Shown here: positions 13,805 through 27,720 of the stretch, one piece after another
How positions within the stretch are numbered: the stretch's first letter is position 1
Layout: each line of letters starts with the position of its first letter
DNA from: the human T2T-CHM13v2.0 reference genome, Homo sapiens
Assembly (NCBI RefSeq): GCF_009914755.1
Contig: NC_060937.1
Length of the DNA stretch: 64,000 nt
Reading direction: 5' to 3' (one strand)
Notes under the pieces: model-generated
Database searches by the model: none
Seen by the model: the letters and a program-made list of their open reading frames with translations, nothing else
What the model was told of the DNA's origin: nothing
Program-made: the position numbers and the translations under genes

Positions 13805-14130
13805 ATTTTTTTTTTTTTTTTTTTTTTAAAGAGAGATGGTCTCACTCTGTCACCCAGGCTGGAGTGCAGTGGTGCAATCATACCTCACTGTAGCCTTGAA
13901 CTACTGGGCTCAAGGCATTCTCTTGCCTCAGAATCCTGAGTAGCTGGGACTAAACGTGCACACGACAGTGACTGGCTAAGTTTTAAAATTTATTTGCCTT
14001 CCTTTTTTTTAATATAAAGAATATCTCACCTTGTTACCCAGGCTGGTCTCTAACTCCTGGTCTCAAGGGATTCTCCTGCCTTGGCCTGCCAATGTGCTCG
14101 GATTACTTGTGTGAACCGTCACACTGGCCT
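13805..14130 (-). mobile_element. AluJ
   Basis: Poly-T, then gagatggtctcactctgtcacccaggctggagtgcagtgg with J-type ctcactgtagccttgaac; dimeric; diverged. Confidence 0.9.
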
Positions 14131-15579
14131 AGGAAGTTATATTTCAGAGTTGAAAATTAAAATTTTAAGGGTACAGAGGAGGAAAAGATAAGGCATATTT
14201 GGTAGAAGAGAGAATAACGTGTAAGGACACAAAGTGGTGAAGTACGAAATGGTGGAGAACAGTAAATATCTGGTATAGTAAAATAGCAGGTATTAACAGG
14301 GAAATGTGATCACATAACTGGAAAAGTAGGTCCGAGTTTATAAAAAAGACTGTTTGCTAATAGCTTATACTTATTATGTTTGATAGGAACTGCTTAAGAT
14401 GTTAAATTGGAAATAGATTTAATTAGATTTGGATTTAAGGAAAGTAACCTCCTAATTTAAGAAAAGTAAATAATAAAATGTTATTTCATTTTCATTGGAA
14501 AATGTATGATTTAATTCAGCTCCTGTGTAGCTCAATAACAAGCAAAATTAAAAAAACATATTTATAGGGATACAGATATATTTGGTAAATATATTACAAA
14601 GAACAAATTTACAGAAAACACAAAACTCTCACTATTCTCATAGGAGAGTTTCACCATTGAAAGAGAAGCAGAGAGGATTTCAAGGCATGCAGACGTAGAA
14701 CTGTAGTTAAAAAGGTCTATTCCTTAAGTTGGGTGGTACTTTCATGGAAAGTTACTAGAGTTTTATTCCTTATCACATTAATATATACTCTCAATTTCAA
14801 ATATTATATAAAATATTCAAAAGTGAATAAATAATACATAAAGATGAAATATTTGAAAGCATTGCAAATGAATTTCAATATTACATAATGAATTATTTAA
14901 AGAATTAGGTGGGAGGAGACAGAAGATGGAAGCAAATGCAACCCTCTCTGTTCTTCCATCCTCCTTACCCTCCCCAGAATGAGACACTTAACAAAGAGGT
15001 GAACTCCAGATAAAATGGGAAGAAGGTTCATCAAATGGTAAAACAGAAAGAATAGTAGTAAAGACTGTTCCCAAATTCAAGGTCAGGGGAACCCTCAAAT
15101 AGATATAGTTCATTAACGTTAAATACTGATGAAAATTGGAACAGAAAAACAAAATTAAATATTTAAACCATGGAGTCACTGGCCCACTTTGCCAGAAGTA
15201 ATTTTGTAGCTTGGTGGAGGGTGACTCTATGCTGCAATGGGGATTCAAGTATGTCTCCGTTGGAGTTGCTTAGAGGTGGTAATCTGTTTTGGAGGGCAGG
15301 TGCTAAAGTTCTTGTCTTCTTGAAATTGCAGGGAAAGCACAGAATACTACAGAGTGTCTATTACAGCTCAATCAAAAAATTACATTCTTAAGATGCTTTT
15401 ATTTATACTTATTATTTTTAAAGTGCCATCTTGAATTAAAATGATTATTATTACTACTATGTTATCTTTGAGGTGATTTTAGTAGGTGCTTCTGGGAAGG
15501 AAGACACATTTATAAGAATAAAATAGTTGATGAAAAATTACAATATAAGGAGGAGAGTTAGTGAGAGACAATATAGTAC

Positions 15580-17065
15580 TGATGAATATGGCAGTCCATC
15601 TAGAGCAGCTGCTGCGATGATGCCAGCTGCAGTGGAGGAGGTGCAGCCAGGGCTACATTTGCCATGGAAGAGGCAGAAGCCCTGCTGCCTTCTGAGTTGG
15701 CAGGGCAGGAGTTTGCACTTCCCAGGCGCAGCTGCAGCTGCCCAAGCTGCAGCTGTGGGCCCAGGCATCTCTGCACTCTTGGGGGCCTGGGAAGCCCCAC
15801 CCTGCCACCACAGGCTTGAAAGTGCCTGCTCCTGCTGCCTGGCCTCTTCCTACTCCCGGCACCTGCTCTGATCTTGGAACACAGTTGAGGCTAAGCCCGA
15901 GGGCTGTTGCAATTCAGCCACGTGTGCACATGCCTGCAGCAGTGCTGACATGCCAACTCCCTGCTGCCTCGACCCCCTCTGGACCTTGGGCACCGATAAG
16001 CATGGGAGGGAGGCCAAGGAGGGAGCTTGGTGCTGGCTTGCAGGTGCTCCTCAGCACAAACAGCCTGGGCACCATTGATGACAGCAGAAAGCAGACAGGC
16101 TTTTGTGTGGAAAGGGGTAGGTACCTGGTGAAATCCCACCTTCAAGCCAGGGATGCACTGAAGCCTGAGGGCTGTGCTGATGGAACAGAATGGGAACTTA
16201 CTGTGCTTTTTCCGGGCCTGCCCATGGCTGTCCATGAAGCAATCAGCATTCACTTCTTCCCCTCTGAAGCCCATAAAACCCCCCAGACTCAGCCAGACTC
16301 GAGAGTCATTTGGATGGCCAGCTGCAGAAAGGAGCTACTCACTCCAGGGTCTCACCCCTTCTGAGAGCTGAACACTCATTGGGACACCCTAGCTGCAGAG
16401 TGAAGCTACCCACAGAAAGTCTCTTCTGAGCTGTTCTATCACTTAATAAAACTCCTGTTTGTCTTGCTGACCCTCCACTGATCCACATACCTCCTTCTTC
16501 CTGGGCACGGGACAAGAACTCAGGACCCACCAAATGGTGGGGCTGAAAGCTGTAACACAAACAGAGCTGAAACACGCCCCTTGCTCATCACGTTGTGTAC
16601 AACAAGAAGGAGAGAAGAGCAGCCGCCCTTTAGGGAGCCCAGACCTAAGAGCTCCCTGAGCCAGGGCTGTGACACCCTCTTTGGGGCTCTGTGATTCCTG
16701 GCATCTCCTAGCTTCCAGATACCACCATGTTCCCCAGTGCCAGCTGTGGAAGCTGTTTGTGGGACGCCTGGTCCAGCCACAGCCTTGCAGGGAGCTGGCA
16801 CCTGTGCCAGCAAATAGAGCTGCTCACCCTGCTGCAGTCAGCATGTCTGGCTGTGCACAGTGGCCAGATCCCATGCTACCTCGCTCACACACTCCTTGCC
16901 ACTCTGCTTTCCCTTGGCAGGCATGGGATTCAGGCTGGTAGTGCAGGCTGGGGACAGCCTCACAGGCTGAGTGGGTCCAGCAGGTTCAATCAAAACTCAG
17001 GCAAAGGCACCACCGGACACAGAGGTTTTCAGCTGGTGAAGCAACATCCCAAGTATCCCATAACA
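15580..17065 (+). mobile_element. MER52-family ERV1 solo LTR (~1.5 kb)
   Basis: GC-rich island with TG...CA ends; start tgatgaatatggcagtccatctagagcagctgctg; internal aataaa at ~16445; near-TSD gtac (15576-15579) / gtat (17066-17069). Confidence 0.85.
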
Positions 17066-17069
17066 GTAT

Positions 17070-17290
17070 TATGGTTAAAACTTCAGATTTTTTTGTCTAG
17101 TTTTCATAATTTGAATTCTAGCTCCAACACTCATTGAGCACAGTTCGGTGAGCTAATGACCTTGTCTGTGCTTCAAAATTTTAGCTGTAAAGATGCTACT
17201 TACAGCACTATTAGGATGAAAACAGTTAATATAATATATGTAAAACACTTAGAACACAGTCTGGCATATAATAATCCACTACTATAATTA
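17070..17290 (+). mobile_element. MIR
   Basis: MIR core and 3' end ..tatatgtaaaacacttagaacacagtctggcatat. Confidence 0.65.
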
Positions 17291-18554
17291 TTAATATTTT
17301 AGTGCAATCATGAAGAAATTGTAATTCTTTGCTTTTTCTTGCCCCTCTTTGTATTGTTAAGAAATATTATGCAGCTCTTATAAATAAGACACATATATGA
17401 CAGTATCACTAATATCACATGTGAACATTGACACTGTTGAAGGATTATTTAATTTACTAGAAGAATATGACTTTGTATGATTCACCATATCTATCTGAAA
17501 TTATATATTAATTTGCAGAAGACTGATAGTTGTAAATGATTTTTGCCCTCTGAAAAAAATAAACTCTAACAAACATTTAAAGTTTTATTGCCTTATATGA
17601 CATTAACTGGTTTCGTCTTTACAAGTTAATTTCAACATTATTTTTTGTAGTGACTTTAGTCTCCTTAAACTTATATTACCATCATGTTGTTACTCTCATT
17701 CATGAGATAAATATGAGATAAATAATTTAGCTTGTATACTGTGTGAGTTATGGTTTTTACTTTGCAATAGAGTCATGTTTTAACTTCTTGAAAATGTATA
17801 CCTAGTTGTTAATAAGTTCACCAGCTACATTTTCACCTCATATAGCAGCATATCAACAATAATCAAATACAATACATATGCATTCACTAATTAATGTTGG
17901 ACCTCCTTTCAAGTCAGTCTATATAGCAAGTTCATTCTCTTTTAACCTTGCACAATATTCTATAGTTGTAAATATTATCCCAATAAACGTTTCTAGTTTT
18001 TTATTATTAAAGTAACTTTAATCATCACAGCTGTTCGGTTTGATTTAGGGGAGATGCTCTCAAACATCCTGCAACATGTGTTTTCGTGATGTGGATTGAT
18101 CTGCAGAGTCAAAGGGTGGCATATTGCCCACACCTAACCAGTCAGAAGTGCAACTGATGGGAAATTCAAGGATTATTATATAGCTTAAGTTATTTAAAAA
18201 GCATATATTAAATGCCATGACTTTTAAAAAAATAAACATTATGGGAAGACTAATTGCAAGTATGCTAATAGTTCAAGTTAGAATAAAATAATTACATCAA
18301 TATAGCAACAAAGCACCTGAGTATCTATAAAATAAGAACCTCGATTTCCTCATAAAACATCTCATGTCCATAGATCAGTAAACTTAACATTTTTAAGATA
18401 GTAATACTCTCTGAATTATCTGTAGACTAAATGTAATGCCTATCAAAATCCTAGCTGGCTATTTGCAGAAATTGGCAAGATAATACCAATTTCATATGAA
18501 AATATAGGGAACCAAAAATAGTCAAAATATTGGAATAAGAATGCCAAGAATTCA

Positions 18555-18910
<356 letters not shown>

Positions 18911-19839
18911 TTACAGTAAAACAAGAGAATGCGGTACTGGCATAAAGACACACATAGTAATCAATGAAAAAGAATTGAGAGTCCAGAAATAAAATCTCAT
19001 ATTTATAGTCAATTGATCTTGGTGAAAATTCCATGGAGAAAAATGTTATTTTCAACATGTGCTGTTACACACGCAAAATGTATACATGTGTACACATGAT
19101 ACACACATGCAAAATAATAAAGTTACACCTTTACTTCACACCATATAAAAATTAACTCAAAGTGAATCAAAGAGCTAAATATAAGAGCCAAAGTCACAAA
19201 AGACAACATATGTGGGAATCTTTGTGACCTTGGATTGGTTAAACGTTCCTTAACTGTAACACCAAAAGCACAAGCAATAAAAGAAAAATGGATAAATCTG
19301 ACAACATTGAAATTTAAAACTTTGTCCTCATTGAGAAAACACTTTCTCATCAGGAAAGTGAGAAGCGACCCACAAAATTTAAGAAAAGGTTTGCAAATCA
19401 TATAGTTGATACGAGATTTATATCTAGAATATTTAAATAACTTTTACAACTAAGTAATTTTTCAAAACTCAATTAAAAATGGTCAAGAGTTCTAAGCAAC
19501 ATTTCTCCAAAGAGGATATACAAATGTCCAATAAATTCACAAAAATTTGCTCAGTTTCATTAGACATAGGAAAATCACAAACAAAAACCACGAAATACTA
19601 TTTTACACATACTAGGATGGCTATAATCAATAAAAAACAACAAAAATTATTGGCAAGTATGTAGTTCTTCACATACTGTTGAATGGATTATGAAATGTAC
19701 AGCTAGGTTGGAAAACAGTCTAGTAGTTTCTCAGAATGTTAAACATGGAGTTATTGTATAACCATATCACTCCCAGGCACATACACCCCCAAATGAAAAT
19801 ATTATGTTCACACAATAACTTGTATATGAATGTTCATAG

Positions 19840-20376
19840 CAGTCAAGCTATCCTCACAGGATTAACAAGAATGCCGGACAGAAATATAATTAAGCATTAA
19901 TTAGGCTACAGTTTGGGCCATGTCCTTGTGGTTTCATAGAAAGTCACATAGCACTACATACTAACCATTGGCACCCCCATTGTTCCTATAGATAGAATTT
20001 CAGACATTAGAATCATTAGGCTTTTGTTTAAGAATTGCTTAAGATGTTTTTCAGAACCTGAATTCCAGTGGAACAGCTGATGCCAACCTGTTTGAAGACT
20101 CTCATAGAGGAAAATCATCAGCTACAGAATAGTTTCTTCATCTCCTTGTTCCATAACTTCACCTTGCAGTTTCCCGCCAATTGACAATCTCCACACTTTA
20201 GCCCACTCAAAAACTTAAACATCCGATTCCCTAACTTTTCAGGGAGACAGATTTGAGGTTTCCTCATATCTTCTCATATGTCAGCCGTATGAATAAACCT
20301 CTTTGTCTGCTGCAACCAGGTATCTCAGCATATTAACTTGCCATGGGCATTGGGCTACAAACCTATTAAAATTACA
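19840..20376 (+). mobile_element. ERV1 solo LTR (MER39-like) nested in L1M
   Basis: ggattaacaagaatgccggacagaaatataattaagcattaattaggct...aataaacctc...attaca splits the L1 motif tgttcatagcagcattattcataa. Confidence 0.7.
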
Positions 20377-23300
20377 GCAGCATTATTCATAAGGGGCCCA
20401 AAGTGTAAACAACTCAAATGTCCATCAACCGATGAATGGATAAATAAAATGAGGCATATCTATACAATGCTATAGTATTTCACAATACAAATAAATAAAT
20501 TACTGATACATGGTAAAACATAAATGAGTCTTGAGTATATTATGCTAAGGGAAATAAATCAAATCTCACAAAACCACATATTGTATGATTCCACTTTTAT
20601 TAAATGCCCATCAATTGAATATCTATATAGATGAAGGTAGATTATTCCTAGCCTAAGGAGGTAAATGGAGAGCGAATAGGTAGAGGTATCTTGGCGAGGT
20701 GATTGAAATGTTCTACAAGTGATAGTGGTGATAGTTGCACAACTCTGAAAATACTAAAAGGCATTAAATTGTATAATTTTAATTGGTGAATTGTATGGTA
20801 TATAAGTCATATCTCCACGATGTATTATAAAATATATAAATTTGAAAGTAGAAAAATATTTATTCATTCTTCACCAATTATTGATCATCTCTTATGCTCA
20901 AATAATGTTTTGTGGGGACATAACAGTTTTATTACTTAATGACAAGACGGCACTTATCAACATTATCCAGACATGCATTTGCATTTTATAAAATTTAAGA
21001 TTTAACAAGATATTTGTAGAATCATAAGGCTGCAAAGAACCACAAAGGACCATTTTGGCGATCTTAAACAAACTTCATTGCTTCACAGTTAATGATAAAC
21101 ACATCAAGTGAGCTACTCAAAGACACCCAGTTGTATTAAACATTGTTAAAAAGTCAAGCCTTCTGGTTTTCAAGAATTGAAATTATTCTGTGTTTTATCT
21201 CATTTTATATTCAAAGTAGGTATTGAAATCTCAAACGCCTTCAGTAATTGGGAAGATAATAAAAAAATTTAAATAATTGAGGTAAAAATAAGACTGTTGG
21301 TCTACAGTAAAACAGAAGAGTAAAAACATATTCAGGGTAAAATTAAAAGGGGTAGCCTAGACTTTTGGCCTGTGGTTTAAAGAAGGACTTAATAAGTTAT
21401 CTAGTTTAGTCTATGTGTACCTAGTTGGAATTACTTGGATTACTTATGCCAAGATTTTGAACATGTTTTTCCTTTAATTTTGGTGGTGCTGTATAATCTC
21501 ATATATTATTTTAAAATTGAACTTCAATGAATGTCATAAATTCTAGTATTTTATTAATTAAATTTTAGATCAATATTTAATGCTAAGAATATATTATGCT
21601 AGTTGTAAAATAATTTCATTATTAGTCATATTTTTGGGTTAAAACAGCAATGGCCACAAAACTATTTGCACGGGATTATGGGCTTTTCAAAATAAAATTC
21701 TGATATACATTACATTGCCTTTTCTAAATAAAACAATGGCAACTCTTGATTACCATATATACTCAGGACTTTGTTCTTTGATCAATAAAATAAATATATT
21801 TTAATAATGTTGTCTGATATTGAAGGCTACTATTGAATGAAGAATTGATGGTTGGCTGGTGTTATCCTGCTCGCTCCAGCTGATTTGGGAAGTTGGTAAA
21901 TTTTTCAGCTGTTAAGATATCCGAAAAATTATTTATTTTAGGTTGGAAATAGTAGCATCACTGATTCACATCTCTTTTGCCTAGGTTTCCAAAGATGCAC
22001 TTTGAGAAATTTATAGATCCTGTTGTTTAGCTTATGTTTATTAGCAAGTTTTATATGAAATAAATCACTCATATTTCTGCCTTCATGAGATAAATTAAGG
22101 TAATAATCCTCAGAGCATTTTATGATGTAAAAAATGTGAAAGAAAAAGAAAGTGCATCCATTTACTATGATGGATTTCAAGTGAATTCATCAAGGTATTT
22201 TTTATTCTAAATGTTCTAGTAAAATAATATTCTGTGCAAAGTGATGTTGCAGTCTATTGACAACTAAACCATTACAAAGTACCAAAAGCTTTTCAAATGC
22301 ACACCACATCATTGGTCACTTAAAAACCAAGCTTTAGAGTACTTGAGAATAGTTGAGATTTTCAAGTTTTCAATATTTTATGACATACTCTCTGATAGTC
22401 TTGCTGAATAATTAAGAAAATACAATTTGTGAATCTCCTTCCAAAGAATACAAAACTATATCAATGCATCCTCAAATGATATTTTCCTGCACATACAACA
22501 AAGCAAACTTAACTAATAAAGGCAATATGCCATTGTTGTTTATATATTATTTACGCTTTTTCTAGTTCTGTATCAAATTTATAAAAGCATAAAATGTGAA
22601 AGTTAGTAGGATAATGATCACACAAGTGTATAATACATGATCTGTGGAAAGTGTGGATTTTTAAAACAATCCAAACTAAGGCCATTATAGAATTCATTCC
22701 TTAAAACTACAGCCTTTTTCTGATTTATATATTCAGTTAATGCTGATACAGGTGTCTATTTATGTATGTAAATTTATGCATATATGCGTTAATCAGTGAC
22801 TACATATAAAAAGCCCTGATTTTAACTTCATCAATTTTCTTCTAGCTCAACTGCAATATATAATATTTACTTGTAAAACTACCTTTTACATTTCATGGTA
22901 TGTACTATTACCACCTTAATTTGTTACTATCATATATTCTTACCCATATATCAGACGTCAAATTAGAAACACTACTTTATAAAATGATAATTCACTTACT
23001 CTCTTTTCAAATATAACTGCAGAGAAACTAATTTCCATCTATATATATTTGGAAACCTCTTCATGTAATTTTAATTTTAGATTCAACTAATGTGAAAATT
23101 GTCTTTAAGAAATGATTACTATAATATCTAGCCTGAATATTTACTCAGTGTTAAATAAATCTACTAAGATTTACTATTGGTGAAATAGTTCATTTTGCTG
23201 AAAAGTGTTTGCTCTTCATTATCTTTAAGAAATCACCTATTTTGCTAATTGTAAATCACACAATTTTAATTGAGCTGAAGTTTCCCTATCATCACATTGC

Positions 23301-25869
23301 CCAAATTAACTTTGTCTTGCATAAAACATGACTGCTTATTGGAAATAAGCTCCCAACCTAAAGTACATTGGTCTGGCTTTGAATCCCGTTCTTTAAAGTT
23401 TTGTCCTTTTCTACTTACTATTATCCAGCAATTTTCTATTATGATGTGTTATTTTATATAATCTTCAATCATAGGAAAATATAACACATTTGGCTTAGTA
23501 TTATTTCTTCCTTTAGTATGTGACCTCTTTGTTGGCTCACTAGGTTTTATATTTGTTCCTCAATAGTATGGTGATACTTCAATGAAATGAAAACTTAACT
23601 AAGGATACCATTTATTTGAAATAAACAAAAATATTGAACACAGACACTGAGTAGAAAATAAATCCATTGACACTTATTTTAACTTAAAAACAGGAACAGA
23701 AATTAGATAGGAAATTATGTTACCTGTTAAAAAGTTTTGAAATAAATAGAAAAAAGTTAATGAATTTTAATCATCATGGATGCATCTTGTTATGCATTTG
23801 TTTCTTATTAAATTTTCTAATGAGGAGGTACAATAATAAAATTAGGCACAAAAATATTTTAAATTATTGTAGGATGCAGAGAAAATATTTTACTACAAAT
23901 TACTTATATTCATATTTAAGATTATGATATCTAATTGTATATTTCAAATTATTAATATGCGAAAGTACTTATTCATCTATTCTTTCTTTCAGATATCATT
24001 ATTGTGTGCCTAAAATGAGACAGGTGCTATACTAAGCATTAAGAATATGGCTGTGAACTGGACAGCTGTGTGTTGCCTTATACAGTCTAGCTCTATGCAT
24101 AACTGATTTTTACCTGATCAGAAAATATAAATATTTTACAACATTGGTTCATGATAGGCAAATTATTATAAAGGGGGATTTTTGTATGTATAAAAACAGA
24201 TTTTTTTCTCATTAAAAAAAGCAAATTATTGATTTTATTTGTGGAAGACTGTGCTTTATAAGTTGAAACGACCCTGGAAGACCCTGACATTTCTTCCTTC
24301 TGACATATCATAAGAAGTCCTTTTAGAATCACTCTAATAATGTAAGAATGTTTCTTATCCAGAAGGGAATACTACATCTTAAATGATTGAAATCATTAAA
24401 TATTTAGGCACTACTTATAAGTTTAAATGTGTGTTTACAGGATATTTTAAAATGTTTAGTATTCCTTCTTGAAACTTTGTTAGTTATATTGTTGCCACAG
24501 CATCAACTTGAGACCTATGACAGCTCTTAAAAAATTTAACCTACTGTACCTAAGATATTTTTAATATATTGTGCTTGTGTGTGTGTGTGTTGCAGCTTTA
24601 TATAGCTATGTGTTATATATTAATGTTTTAGAAATCGAAGCTCAGTAGAACAAATAGAATAAAACAAAAATATGCAAATAAGGACACTAATTTTACCAAT
24701 GACTCCAATTTGTAACACGAGTACACATTTCCTGTAAAGAATAGTGAACAAGTTCTAGGGATCTAATTTACGTAATGGGTAGCAATTGATGTGTTAATTA
24801 ATTTGATTTTATTAATTTGATTTTGATAACCATAAAAAAAGAGTTTTCCATCTAATTCAGGGACAAAGAATGTTAAGAAATACAAAAACAAAAACAGAGG
24901 AAGAAGAGAAATTTCCTTTGTACCCAGCCTGCCATATTTTTACTTAGTCCTTTTCAACATTAAACATCACTAGTCATTGTCCCTTAAACACTCATTATAC
25001 TCACCCTGACCTTTTCATTTCATATATACTTACAAAGACATGCTGAAAGTCAAATTTTGGTAATTTTCAACTCATCAATTATATATAACTAGTTACTAAG
25101 ACCACGAAGGCATGTGAGACACTGAAAAGGAGTAACACAAAATGATAAATAAAAGAAAAAAGATAACATTAAAAATCATTTAATACTAATGTATCATGTA
25201 ATAGTCTTGAGAAAAATGTAGGTGAAGTAAACTTTATTTGTATGACTTATAAAACAAGAATATTTAAAGTTACACTCCAAATATTCTTCTAAGGCAAACT
25301 CTAATTTATGGTTTATTAGCAGGGTTATTGGTCAAGATTAAAAGCATGTAGCTAGCTAGAAACCATGAAACATGTCGGGTATTTTAAAACCATGATCACA
25401 AACCACATTGATATAGTTTGTTCTTTCTATAGGTATTTTTTCCAGTGGCTCTAAAGGACAAGTGAAGGATGTATAGCATGTTTTTACTACTACCAGATTC
25501 TGAAAGGGCAGCTACTCTTACACTGACTCTGGAAGGCTTTATGCTGCAGGTATGAGTCTTCCACCCTTCAAAGCTACTTATGAACAAGGCAGCCTTTAAT
25601 TAGTCTTAGTGCCACCGTCTCTGCCTCCAGCCTAAACCTAATGAAATCTTCTAAGTCATACTGGTAGCACCGGACAGAAAACAGAGAAGGGGGAAAAAAA
25701 AATACTTGAGAAAAAAAAATCACAAAGTTCTTTGGTCTTATTTCTCTTTCAGGTTCATAATATCCATTTGTCTGAAGGAATTCATATTTTGTGTCTCGGT
25801 ATCAGGAATTCGACTTAATATTATGGGCAATATGTAATCACGGTATATTCATTAGCATATTGAATAGGG

Positions 25870-26065
25870 CATGAAATCTGTAGTGAGATAGTACTGGGTT
25901 TATTATCCCATTCTAGCATGTCTATTTATTGATCCTGAGTAAATTATTTAACAATCCTGAATCACAGTTTTATTGTTTTTAAAATGGATATAACACTTGC
26001 CTTGCAGGGATTTTGAAAGGAGTAAATTTAATATATTTAACACCTAGAATTATAGTGGCAATAGG
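25870..26065 (+). mobile_element. MIR
   Basis: gatcctgagtaaattatttaacaatcctgaatcacagttttattgtttttaaaatggatataacacttgccttgcagggattttg matches the MIR core. Confidence 0.6.
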
Positions 26066-26429
26066 ACAATATTTTAAACTTTATGTGTGCCATCACCAGC
26101 ATCATTGGTGGTAAGGCTCGCCATCAGTAAAGCTGCTGCTTATGTGCCAAGCACGATGGCAGAAGGTAGCGTTACCTCACTCTCTTTTTTATTTCTCAGT
26201 CTCCGAATATGTGGATGTGAGTATATATCACATCTTATATTACATCTTATAATTTTTCTTTGTAAAATTTACCTATATGTATACACAGACGTATACATAC
26301 ATACATATATAGGCATATGTAATTGTCATTTATAATGATAATTTATCATTATAAACAAATTATGTGAGTGGGTGTATACGCCTCTAGGGTATACTAATCT
26401 CTATTCTTAGTTTCTCTTCTTGCCTTCCT

Positions 26430-26859
26430 TTTATGTCAGTCTGATAACTCATCTTAAAATTAAACCTTTGTCCTTACTTGTTCAAAATGTTCAATGGCAT
26501 ATTATTATATTCCAGATAAATCCCCAGTTTTTACAAAGTCTCCATAACCCTACACAATTGGTTCTGCCTAGATCTTCAGCCTCATAAACTACCTCTCTTC
26601 TTGTCCCTCTCCACCATCCCATCTACCTTGAATTTCATTAAACAGAACAATTGCCTTCCCACTTCAGATCATTGGCAATCCATTTTCTTCTGTTATGAAC
26701 ATTCTTTAACCAAATCTACACCTGACTAATTCTACCTCATTTTTTACAATTCATATAAACATCATTTATTTAAGGAATCTTTTCCTGATTTATGGGAGGG
26801 TTCCCATTGCGTCTCATAATTTTTCTTTGTAAAATTTACCGTGTGTGTGTGTGCATGTG

Positions 26860-26891
<32 letters not shown>

Positions 26892-27215
26892 CATATTATC
26901 ATTATAAAGTATCATTATCATTATAAAGTATTATAAAGTATACACATACACATATATAGGCATAAATAGTTATACTTTATAATGATAATTTGTTTTCATT
27001 CAATATATTAACCTTGACTCTAAGGGCAATATCATTTCTATTTTGTTCACCATTGCATTTCCTGTGCCACCTACTGGTGAACGTGGTACATAGTTGGTAC
27101 TGGTGAACTTGGTACATAGTTCACCCACTGGTGAACTTGGTACATAGTTCACCCACTGGTGAACTTGGTACATAGTTCACCTACTGGTGAACTTGGTACA
27201 TAGCAGTCAATAGTC
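26430..27215 (+). mobile_element. L2 3' region
   Basis: Pyrimidine-rich L2-like text ending in ..ggtacatagcagtcaata; contains a microsatellite and a minisatellite. Confidence 0.55.
27068..27204. repeat. 28-bp minisatellite, 5 units (cacc/tactggtgaacttggtacatagtt)
   Basis: Units start at 27068, 27096 (26-bp variant), 27122, 27150 and 27178; head-to-tail with no spacers. Confidence 0.95.
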
Positions 27216-27221
27216 ACTATA

Positions 27222-27720
27222 CCTTCATTTATTCATTCAGTAATTAATCGTATATATGGAGATTTATCTAGGCACTTATGTTACAAAAGTTGTTTTATGT
27301 TATCAAGAAGCTACTATATTAATTGAGCAGATAGACAACAAAAACAACAATAACAAAAACAAATATATATTATAAAGCCAGGAACTAAACAAGGACTCTA
27401 AAAAATAAAAAAGGAGTGTAAGAGAATAGAGAGTTTTGAAGGTACTGGCACATAACATGGAGTTTTCAGAGAATGAGTCTCTGTAGAAGTAACATTTGAC
27501 AAAGATCTGAATGAGGTAGAGAAGAAACAGATATAAATATTTGGCAGAAGAGTATTTCCATCAGAGGGAAGAAAGAACAAGCACAAGACTCCACAAGTGA
27601 AGTTATGCTTAGTGTTGTCAAAAAACAGTAAGAAGATCAGTGTGGCTAGAACTGTATGAACAGGGAAAATAATAGCAGAAAATGTGATTTTAAAAATGTC
27701 AAAGGCACACACTTGTAGTC
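27222..27720 (-). mobile_element. L2 3' region, tail-to-tail with the previous L2
   Basis: Starts ttcatttattcattca (reverse of the L2 tail), followed by L2-like gaagtaacatttgacaaagatctgaatgagg..cagtgtggctagaac. Confidence 0.6.

Noticed and set aside
15527-17137. Cluster of overlapping 65-182 aa ORFs suggesting a compact gene system
   Set aside because: All lie in the GC-rich MER52 LTR, where stops are scarce; no recognisable domain.
25664-25677. REST/NRSE-like AGCACC+GGACAG
   Set aside because: The half-sites abut with no spacer (canonical is 2 nt) and the flanks deviate, so binding is unlikely.
27068-27204. CRISPR-like array (28-bp partly palindromic repeats)
   Set aside because: No unique spacers, no cas genes and a primate intronic context; it is a tandem minisatellite.
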